Source: an uncultured archaeon (lineage in GTDB: Archaea > Asgardarchaeota > Thorarchaeia > Thorarchaeales > Thorarchaeaceae). From it: a stretch of DNA of 64,000 nucleotides. Positions 47,001-59,000 of the stretch are shown piece after piece. A program made the translations under genes and the position numbers. The first letter of the stretch is position 1; every line of letters begins with the position of its first letter. The stretch is from contig CAYWJO010000003.1 in NCBI GenBank assembly GCA_964458565.1, positions 64,001 through 128,000 of the forward strand, in the 5' to 3' direction. The notes beneath the pieces were generated by a model. It was not told the origin of the DNA, searched no databases, and saw only the letters and a program-made list of their open reading frames with translations.

Positions 47001-50000
47001 ATTTTGAGTATCTTTACACCATAGGGAATCGAAGTTGTCTGGAATGTAATGTTATAGAAACCACCAGAAATAGGTGTAACGTCAGATACACTCAACCATG
47101 TAACTGTACTACTTGCACCATCCACGAGAACATTCGCATCTGTGTCATTCAACCAAACCAGAATATAACCTTCATCTCCAGCAAACCTGGATTTTGTTGA
47201 TGATACTTCTTGAATACTCGCTTGACGCAAACGGACTTGGAAGGATACCTGTGATTCTGCCTCGTCATATGGATATAGGTTGAATGTAATTACAAGACTT
47301 TTGAGACCTGCAGCTCCCGCATCTAAAGTGTTCACAGTAATAAGATACTGACCATCAAACAGAAATTCAATATCCCATATGGCAGGTTCAGAGCCACTAC
47401 TGTAGACAACAGTAATTGATGATGAAACGTCGTTAATATAATGACGAGGATCAGGCAAAGTGTGATCTATATCGTTTAGAGTAATCGTTATAGACACGTT
47501 ATCCTTTAGAGGAACTGTAGAAGGTACCGGTGAGTCAGGAGTTATGGATGTGCGAATTCCTCTTACAGATCCAACCATTGGTACTCCGGAGATGTCTCTA
47601 TAGAAGGGTCTCGATGAATCAATCCAATCAAGGTTAAGACGGAAAGTGAAAATACCAAAACTTCCCAAGAATGTTGTACTTACATCGATGTAATATTCAC
47701 CAGGCAATGCTCCAGAATATACCCAGTAATTAGCGCCCCATGTTAGAGTAACTTGGTCACAAGCTAAAGTGATTTGGGTTAATGGAATGACAATACCGTT
47801 CCCGGTTGTATCGTCAGTATAATTGAAAGTGAGCCTCATGAGATCTTGCATTGGAGTGTCAGGAGAAAGACCAATCGTGATTCTAGCCACTCGTTTAGTT
47901 ATTGTAACACTGACAGGGGTGCTGTCACTCGCATAATATGGTGCACCTCCAGACCATGTGACCGTGATCGTTAAAATACGAGTCAGAGTCGCATTGGCGA
48001 TCTTTGTTGTATTAATTACTATTCTGAAATAATTGATTTCAGGTGTAATTATATAATTAGACGGACTGAGTAATGTACCTCCATTGTATATGATTACATC
48101 ACCAGAATCAATGATAATATCATTCCCAGTTCCTACATCAGTAAATGCTAATGTGAAGTTGAACAAATCAAGATATTTCGTCTGCTGAGGAGGATCCTTC
48201 ACATCTACATTAGTAGGTCTTGTCGTTACGGTGATTCGAACACTGATGACAGCTTCGTTGTAGTAGTATGGTGCACCGATTTTGTTAGCGAAGACGAAGA
48301 TCGTATATTGTGCTGGAGCACCTAAAGCAGAAGTATTCAGATTGATCTGATATTCACCTGCCGTTAGAGCATCCCAAGTATAATACATCAATGCGATAGG
48401 TGAACCATTACTGTATTCAAGGCTGATTGATGCACCATCAATTCCAATACTTGCATCAGTGTCAAGGTACAGTACAACGAATGGATTGAGAGGTGATTCT
48501 GTAATATCATTGTAAGCGGTAGGTTGAGGAGATTCTTCAAGATCTATTGAAGCAATCCTTCCTCTGATTGAGAATGCAATGTAAAGTTCATCAGCAGCAT
48601 AGAATGGCTCAAGATTAACATAAGACATACGAACGTGCAAGGTGTAATTTATTCCACTTCCAAATCCACGTCCTGCAGTTTCAACCTGCAGTTCATATTT
48701 CTGTGAATCCGAATCCCAAGTAATTGAATAAACATAATCAGGTCCGGTGGTGTTGAGGATTTCGAAAGATGTGTAAAACGTTGTGCCATTCACTATGGTC
48801 TGAAGAGTGAGAATATCTTGATAGTCTAATATCACATTCATTATGGTATCAATACCAATCCGCCCAACAGGCTCATTCGAAAGTATTGTTGATCGATATC
48901 TAACACTAAACTGGCGGATAGACCATGCATCTTCGACATATTCTGAACCCGTATATGTGAAACTAGCATTAAGGGTAAATAATCCAGGAGTAGCAAAATA
49001 GGATGAGTCCAAGTCTATTTCGAATACACCTGAACCCAAGTAATTCACGGAGTAAAATCCTGTTAATGGATAATTACCAGAGATGTTAGAGTAGAATAAT
49101 GCAAAATCACAATCAGAATCTAGAATACCAGTAGTAGTAAGCCCTGCAATGTCTTGATACTCTACTGTGAACACTACACTATCACCAAATGGTGTTGGGT
49201 CAGGAGATTGAAACTCGACTATCGATGCTCGTAGTGTGACGGTGATTCTGATTGTAATTAATGTTCTATTTGAGTAGTAAGGCGCACCAGCCCAAGTCAC
49301 ACTCAAAGTGAATGTCTTTTGACCTATCCCACCAAATTGTGCAGTATCGAATTCAATTGTAAATTCTGTCACACCAAAGATTTCAGGTGTTTCGAACAAG
49401 CTGGTTGAGATATCCATGTGAGTGGGATCGAAGGATATAGCACTCTCTCCACCACCTGACACATCAAGGAATGAGAAGGTGAATGTAGCGTTTTCGCCAT
49501 ATGCAGTATTGATTGGTGGTGATACTGAAACAAGTGTGTCGCGGGGTATGATGCTAACCTTTGTAGTAGACGAATCATCACGATAATAAGGAACAGACCC
49601 ATCCCAAATGACTTCAACGGTGATTTGTAAGTTGTTTATCAATACTGTACTTAGGGTTACTGAATTGATTGTAACCTCAAATGATGTACCTGTTGTACCA
49701 TTCAAAGTATAATCTACAACCTGAGTAAGCAGAACACCTTGGTCGTAGATTTTGATGTCAGAATCACTAATTTGCACCTTCTGACCGGTTACTGCATCAG
49801 TGAAAGCAAAAATGAATGTCACATCCTCGAGATAATTGGTAGCTGATGGAGCAACAAGTATCTCAACGTTTGATGTTCGTTTCACAACTTGTGCTGTTAC
49901 TGTTAGGTTTGCCATTGCATGATATGGAATACCTGAGTAACTAGCACTTACTTTCAGACTTGTTGCACCCAATCCATCCAATGCAGTGGATAATACTGAT

Positions 50001-53000
50001 ACGTCGTAGTAACCGGGAGAGCCAGGGGTGACCAAATAGTCAACATCTTGAACCAAGGTCGTTAAGCCTTTATAGATCGAGACTGTACCGCCAGAGATAG
50101 TGGCATCAAGATCCACATCGTAGTAGCGAATCGTGAAATTAACATATTCAAGGTAAGGTGTATCGCTTGGAGAGACTGAAAGGTCAAGAGTCGAGTATCG
50201 CGCTCTAGTTTCAATATCCGCAACAGTAGTTCGACTACTATAGAATGGTGCAGCATTTTGGTATGATAATTGAATTATCAGACTGGTTACATTACCAGGA
50301 ACCATTGCTGGATGATTATAAGTCTGAACTGTTAGTAAGTAATAATTGTAGGGTGCTCCAAGCCAAGACATGCTGGAATACCAGGTACCCGGACTCAATA
50401 TCTGCACTGAAACATCGTGGTCAATGTTGTCTAGAGTCAGGAAGTCCTGATAATAGAGTATAATGTCAACTGAGGTGTTGTATGCATTTCTTGGAACCGG
50501 GTCAGCAGTCAGAAAAGTTGTTCGATACCTAATCTCCAAAAATCTTGATGCTGTAACATCAGGCATGAAGAATGTATAATTTGTTAGATATACTCGAAGA
50601 CCAAATGTTCCAGGAGTTGTATAATATGATGCATTGAAATCGACAGAATATTCACCATCTCCAAGAGGTGTGACTGAATAGTAGGAGAATGGTATATAGA
50701 TGGACCCAAGAACATCATAGAGAGTTAGATTCACATTATTATCGATAGGACCACCAGTGCCCGTAACATCTGTCCAAATCACTGAAAACACAACATTATC
50801 ACCAAATGGAGTGGGAGAAGGAGTCTGATATTCCACTACAGTTTGCCGCAATGTCAACGTGACTGAGATTTGCCGCCCATATCGATCAGCGTAGAATGGT
50901 GCTCCATCCCAAGTCACACTGAGTGTGAAGGATTTCTTCTCAATAGGTGCAGTGAATTGATTAGTATCAAATGATACTGTGAATGTCTTGTCAGTATCAT
51001 TATAGAACAATGAGAAATCTGCGAGACTGAGTATAATCTCCATTGTTGTTGAATTATAAGCAATCGGAACACTTCCTGCGCCAGTGACATCATCGTATGT
51101 GAATATGAAAGTAGCATTCTCACCATAGGGAGTAGGAGTAGGTGGTGTAACAGAGAGTATTGTGTCTCTTGGATTCACACGTACTGCAATCACATCAGTT
51201 CTATTAGTGTAATATGGATCTACTCCAGGATTCCAACCAATGTAGACATTCATCAAGATGACGCCTGTGGTTCCAAATATGGTGTTGTTAAATGAGATAG
51301 AGTAATTTCCAGGTTGACCAATAACCTCTGTTATAGTCACCTTTGACAAATCTACCGTATAACTTTGGAATTCTATAGATATGAAAACGTTACCACCTGG
51401 TGGATTCCCAGATGTTGTATTATCAATCCCAATACCTGTGAAGAAGTCACTGTAAAAGAACGTGTAAGTCATATTCTCAAGATAGGGTGTCGGTTCAGCA
51501 GTGATTAGTAGAGCATATGCAGATTCTGTACCACCAATATTGACCTGGGTGTTGATAGTCTTATTTTGATAGGTATAAACAGGACCAGTCCAGTTGAAGA
51601 ATATCTTCAGACCAAAGAGACCTGGACCAAATTGATTTGCAGGTACTTTGATTACGTAGTAACCAGGTAGAGTTCCATTGAATAGGTATGACGTAACTGG
51701 TAGTCCATTGATATCTTCTACTCGATGGAGCACATACTTTGATTTGATGCCAACTTGATCATCAAGGTCACCGTAGAACACATCAATCGTGATATTAGCA
51801 TTGAAGTAAGTAGGCTCGGGTGCATTAACTGTTCTAAAGTCCGTGTTATGTGTTCTGAGAGAGATTGTAAGATTGAATAGACCAAATTGATAGTTTGAGC
51901 CCTTTGAGAAATTAAAGAGAACAACGACGTTCTGTTGTAGGGGATCATCCACCTCAGTTGGGAGTGTGATTCGATATCTACCTTCACCCAAGAGGTATTG
52001 CATAATAACAGGACGCCCAAACAGAGTATCCCATCCAGTGTTCAATTCGAAAAGTCCACTATCATCAATAGGCAAATTATTGTCAATATCCCAATATTCT
52101 ACATAGAATACAGGATCATTCCCAACAGGGATATCTAATGCACCAACAGTTGGAATTGCATAGGTATACACAATTCGGACTAGAATCCGGAAGTTACTCA
52201 ATGTTCTTGCAGCATGAATAGTTGATTCTGCAGTGAGGTCAAAGTAGTGAATACCCCTATCAAGACCACCAACAAGAAGTGTTACATTATAGAGTCCGGG
52301 GGTACCTGGAAATTCGTAATAAGATATGGAAATACCTGTAGCAGTTATTGTAGCACCAGATATTCCAGCATTTCGGTCGATATCAGTATAGTTCAGAGTA
52401 ATCCAGACATCGCTTCCATATGGAGTAATGACTTGCGGATAATTGTCTGAAGATAGGAAGCTCAGAGCCTCACGATATTCAAAAATTATTATCAGACTTG
52501 TTGAACCGTAGCGAGAGTCTGAAGGAATAACACGAATAGTAATAGAATAAGATCCTTTCTTTTGGAAGAAAGTAGCAGAGATACTCAAATTATATCTTCC
52601 ATCAGATAAGAATGAAATTGATGCAGGAAATGTGTATCCTGTCCCGTTTGTTACTGTGAATTCGCCCTGAGTAATTCCGTTGATAGGTGCACCATTATAT
52701 TGGTTCCCGTCCTCACTTACATTGAAACGGATGATTATTTGGAAATCATCATCAATTGGGTAAATCAGATCTGTTGGCTCGTTGTAAAGATAGGTTTTCA
52801 GACTGTGAATGACAATATCAAAAACATAGTTCCCTGGATGGCCATATATTCCACTCATCGTCATTGATAGTGTTACAGTTTCAGTCCCTACATTCCAGAT
52901 GTTTGTTGGAAGTACTAAGTCTAGTTGAGTATTTGAGGGAGAGTAAGGTGCATACCCAGAACTAAACGTGAATCCAGCAACAGAGCTATTATCGAGTTGA

Positions 53001-56000
53001 GCACCTGTATCTAAATCAGTTATTACAATTGTGAGTGGTGTATCATTACCATATGGACTCACTAAATCACCAATCACAGTAATTGCAGTGTAATGAGTTC
53101 GTATTATGATTGAGAAGCTATAATCATCTGGACTCTCATAGATTCCTGTCATATCCAATCCAAGTGTAACGGGATGAGATGCAACAGACCATGTGTCTGT
53201 AGCGAGTAGTACATCAAGATCAAAGATTCCAGGGGAGGTTTCATTATGGTTCCCCGTAGCCCAAACAAATCCAAATGATCCAACATCCGAATAATCTAAG
53301 ATAGATACAGTATCAAGATCTGTTAGTAGGATAGTAACTGCAGTTGTATAGCCATATGCTGTGACAAAGTCACCTTGAACAGTCATAGCAGTGTGATGCT
53401 TTCGAATAGTGATCGTGAAATCATAATCAGTAGGATCATAATACTCGCTACTGCCAACCATTGTGACACTGAGAGTGACTATTTCATCTCCAATACTCCA
53501 GAGATTTGTGGGCAAGTTAACATCAAGATCACTTGGCGTTACCTCACTATATGGTGAAGGAATAGATGTGAAGTTGAAATAATAGACTGAGGTATGAGTT
53601 AATTCGGATGCTGTATCCAAGTCAACAATGACAATTATTAATGGAGTGTTGAAACCAAATGGAGTGAGAAGGTCTCCATCAACGCTGAGAGACGTGTAGT
53701 GCTTTCGTATAGTCACAGCGAAATCATAATCATCAGGACTACTGTAGATATTATTCATAGTCAAGGTCAAGGTCACTGTATCAGAACCAATTACCCAATC
53801 ATCTGTTGTAAGAGTGTAATTGAGATTTGTTATACCTGAGCTTTTTCCTTCAAATTCCGAAGACGATGTAAATGTGAACGAACTGACGAATGTATGATCA
53901 AGATTAGTACCTGTATCGAGATCAACAAGGACTATGGTAACATGAGTGACTTCCCCATAAGGTGTAATAAAATCACCCTGTACTGACATAGCTGTGTGAT
54001 GTTTTCTGACTAAAATCTCAAAACTGTAGTCAGTTGGATTGAAATAGTCACTATCCATGATAACGCTAAGCACCACAGTTTCAGGTCCCAGGGTCCAATC
54101 ATCAGTTGTTAATGTAAAATCAAGACTGCTGATTCCGGGTTGATTATCACCCTCAACTTCCCAGGAAGTGAAAGTGAATGATTCGATCTCATTTTGAGTG
54201 AGTAACAAGCCTGTATCAACATCCGTAAGGACGATTGTTACATCTGTGGTAAACCCGTAAGGTACCAGGAAATCAGCCTGGACTCCAACAACAGTGTAGT
54301 GTTTTCTTATTGTAACCACGAAATCATAATCGGAAGGACTTTCATAGTCACCAGACATAGACAGACTTAGTGTAACCGACACCTGACTAACGGACCAACT
54401 ATCAGTGTCAAGTGAGTGATTGAGAGTTGATGGAGAACCTGGATCTGAACCATAACTTGACAGGAATGAATAACTACTCACGAAGGTATCATCCAACTGA
54501 GTACCAGTATCAGTATCAGTCAAAACAATAGTTAGATTTGTATCATAACCAAACGGTGTGACCAAATCCCCTTGTATGTTTGTTGATGTGTAGTGTTTCC
54601 GAATCTCAACATTGAATTGATAGATATCTGGAGCAGCGAATATTGGATTAGACATTTTAATTGTAAGATTGACAATCCGTGTCATCACTGGCCAACTACT
54701 AGTATCTAAAGTCACATCCCAACTTGTTGCTTGCTCAAACTGAGAGCCACCACTCCAATTGAATGTATAATTACCGACATTACCAAGTGCTACAGATGCT
54801 CCGGTATCCAAATCTATGATGCTGATTGTGAGAGGTGATGTACTACCAAACGGTTGAATGAAATCTCCAGAAACCGAAGCAGACGTGTAATGACCTCTAA
54901 TTGTGACATTAAATACAAAATTATCAGGTGAGTCATATGATGAGCTATCCACAACAGCGAATGTGGTGACCGTTCTAAGCCCCACAGGCCATGGACTTGT
55001 ATCTAAAACAAAATCAAATGTTGAAGTAGCACTTGGATTCGCATCCTGATAACCCCCTGTCCATTGGAAACGTACTAATGTAACATCGTCAGTTGCAAGC
55101 TCAGTACCTGTATCAGTGTCTAAAACAATGATCCTGACATCTGTGTCAAGTCCATGTGCAGTTGTGAAATCCCCTGTAATCATAAGGGCTGTGTAGTGCA
55201 CACGAATCTGGACATCAAATTGATAATCATCTGGAATAGCATAATTTGGATTTGAAAAGCTGACTGAAAGGGTGACAGTTTCAGCGCCAACAAGCCAACT
55301 ACTGGTGATAAGGGTGACATAATTATTTCCAGGTGTCGTAACATCCTGAGTGCCATAGGAAGATGTGAAACTCAATTGACTAACATTGAGTATTCCAATA
55401 TCATCACCCGTATCAAGATCAATTATCTTTACATTGATGGGAGTATTAACTCCGAAAGGTGTTGTCAATCCTCCACTTACAGACACTGCAGTATAATGAG
55501 TCCGAATAGTTACATCAAATGAATAATCAGTTGGATTAGAGTAGTTAACATGACTCATTAAAAGTGACAATGTGACTACTCTGGTACTAACACTCCAGTC
55601 AGATGTGTCCAATAAAACATTCAACGAACTACCATCAAATGGTTGTGAATCACCAAACCATGAAAGTATGAAGGAATCAACATAGGTTTCATCCAACTCT
55701 ATACCGAGATCAGTATCAATTACTACAACAGTGAGATTAGTTTCTAATCCATATGGTGTTATGGTATTACCAACAATTGATGCTGTGGTGTAATGTTTTC
55801 TGAGAATGAAAGTGATTTCTGTGTAACCTTGCTCCAAGAAGAAACCAGATTTGGTGGCATTGAACGCAAATATGTGTTCGCCAAGATTGAGACCTGAAGT
55901 GGATACTGAGATATTATATTTTCCACCGCCCTGTGCTTCAACGGTAACAGGACTACCATCTGAGAGCGTTATTGTCGCACCCGTTATGGGTAGGCCTGTA

Positions 56001-59000
56001 TATGCATTGGTAAAGACCAGAGTAGCCTTGAAGTCAAATCCAACTGGTGTAGTGGAAACATTGAGGTAGGTCAATGAAGTATGATGATAGAGTTGTAGGT
56101 CAAAATGAGTAGTGGCATCATTATAGTATGGGTGTGATGATTGTATATCTATCCTCCAAGAAGTTGCAGTTCCTAGATCAGAAGTATTGACTGCAATTCC
56201 GTAATATCCTGTGCCATAATCGTTGAACGTTTTCGCTGTTGGTGAACCTGAAACCGTCCAATTCATTGAAACAGTCGCACCAGTGATACTCTGGGAGTTC
56301 ACATCGTCATCGAGATAGACCTCTACGTAGAGCAAGTCTCCAGCAAATCTGAGTGAGACCTGATCGCTGACAGCATCACCAGGAGAAACAAGAGTTAGAG
56401 ATGAATCATGTTTCACTAGAAACTCACGTTCATAGAGGCCTGTCTTATCACTAACAGATGCGCCCGTATCATTATAGTATACTGAAACAGTCCAAATCCC
56501 AGCTGGTGCTGTTGAATCAATTGTCTTGGTGACTGAGTGTTCTGGAGAAGTACGTGTTTGTTGAGATCCTCTCTGAACAAATGTGGTCGGTGCAAACATA
56601 TTCTTGTATTCGGTGGAAATCCATCCACTTACACGTTGGACACCTGCTATTCGGACCTCATCTATTTTTCCTGTGTGATAAGCCTCACCTGCTGAAACCT
56701 CTGAGGGGTCTAAATACCCACCACCAATACCCCAATCAGTTGTGAAAGCTAGATTTAGAGAGCTTGCACCAGTATGGACTGTTGTGCTCGTGTCATCAAC
56801 TCCGTTTATGAAAATCTTATTATTTGAAGGAGCGTCAGCATCCATATAGCATGTATAGTAATACCATCCAGATGACCAAGATGTAGTAGTTGTGTATTTA
56901 GTGTATTCTGAGCCACCAACCTCAAATCCAAATGCCAGACTACCAGGAGAGTTTGTGGATTCGGAATAGTCAGCGCCTATCAGCATGATATGGAAGTTGT
57001 CATCACCATCCAAGTACTTCGACATCAGGAGTCTTGAGGGACTAGAAGTTGAACCCCACGAATCTGCTATGTAAAACCATCCAGAAAGTGTTAGATCACC
57101 ACTTAGGTCTAGACCTTCTGAAGCAGCGATAGATATCCAGTCATTACCATCAAAGTCCTGACCATAACTATGACCATCTCTCATCCCTACTGTCCTGTCT
57201 GTACCATTTCCAGTTCCAGTATAATTGCCAATTGTTGAGTCATAGAAGGCATTACCAAATGTTTCGTCTGTATAATCTTCTGAGAGATGCCATACTGCAT
57301 CATAATTATTAGTCCAGACCTCCGTGGGCTGCTCAGTTGGACCAATCACAGGATTCCCGTAGTACATATACAGGGTGTTGCTAAGTGTACTGGTTAGATT
57401 CGCTTTCACCCAAGCTACAAGTGCACCAGAATCATATCGCTCAATTTCGTGAGACAATACTTTGCCAATACTGTCTGTGAAGACAATATCATCACCATCA
57501 GACTGGGCACGAGTTCCTAAATCCGTATCAGAGAAACTCACCATAACTGGGAAGTTTGTCACATCTGCATCAACCTGAGATGCGAGGATAGTTAGGACTT
57601 TTCGATATTGAAACGATGGGACATGCCATGTTGTACCGGGGGTACCAGATGTTGCGGAGGTTTCATACCAGACTGTATCAGTAGGATCTGATAGTACGAA
57701 ACCAACCTTTGCATTTTCAATCCATGGAGTTGTTGCTCTGAACTGAGCCACATCATTGATATCAAATATAGCAGTATCTGACAGGCTCTGCCCATTGATT
57801 CCTAATTGGACGTTTTGAACATAATTCCAGCTCTGGAACTTAATCTCCCAAACGCCCCAAATGTCAACCGCAGATGAGAATATAGTGAGCTTTCCACCAG
57901 TATAATCCCAATCTGTACCTTCAATCTTTGCTTGACCAATAGGATTAGTCACCGAGGTGGGAATCCACTCAGTAATTGGATAGTTAACGACAAAGTCCAT
58001 TGAATCAGTTAAAGCAGGAGGAGAAACAAGGATATTAGCTGTCCAATCAACCAAACTCGAATTGGTCACGAAGAAGGAAGTTCCTTCTTGCATATTCTCA
58101 TCAAGAGACGAACCAGTTCCTATGAAGTCCATGCTGAGTGTGATACCAACATCAATCGGGCTAGTCGAGCTTGTTGAAATCAGGAATTGCACCTGTTCGT
58201 CAGCGGACCAACCTACGGTGTTTGTATTCTCGGAACCAACAGAGTAGAATGTATCAGGACTATATTGATTATTGAATTCGGTTTCTATCCAACTTGTTGA
58301 TAGAAACATTGTCGTCATTCTGAGCTCATCAATTGTCCCATTAAAGAATCGATCCAATACCGGATTATTTTCATCAATCATTTGCCAATTTCCAATAGTA
58401 AAGTTCAATGTAGAATCTTCAGGAGTGACTCCATTCTTTGTATCTGTTTGAATAAGACTTCCATCAACATATATATTCGATTCAGCAGTGGCAGCACTCC
58501 ATGTCCACACTAAATGATGCCAGTTCTGTACGGTCACGCCGCCTGCATCAACTGAAGTAGCTGTACTATAATCTGTGCTGTATCTTATTCTGAAGTTGGT
58601 TCCTTGAACAGCAAAGTGAATTATCGCATCAACTGGATTAGTATTAGGGGCTTTTGAGAAGATTCGATCGTCATCTGTGTCATTATGAAATATCCATGCA
58701 CTGATGGAGAAACTTGACCAATCGTCTGTAGCAATTTGTCCAACACTTAATACATCATCATCACCATCGAAATTGAGACCATAACCCACCTGCCCAGCAA
58801 CAACATCATTAGAAGACATTGAACCATTCGAAAATCCATCATGGTTGTTCCATGTACTATCAAAGATTGTGCCACTGGGATTATCGTCCATATGTTGAAC
58901 CATCTCGTAATTATTCCATATATTGGTGGAATCCAAATCAACTGAAGATCCACAATAATGCATTCTGATTACAGTATCAACAGAGCTCGATAAAGCAGGC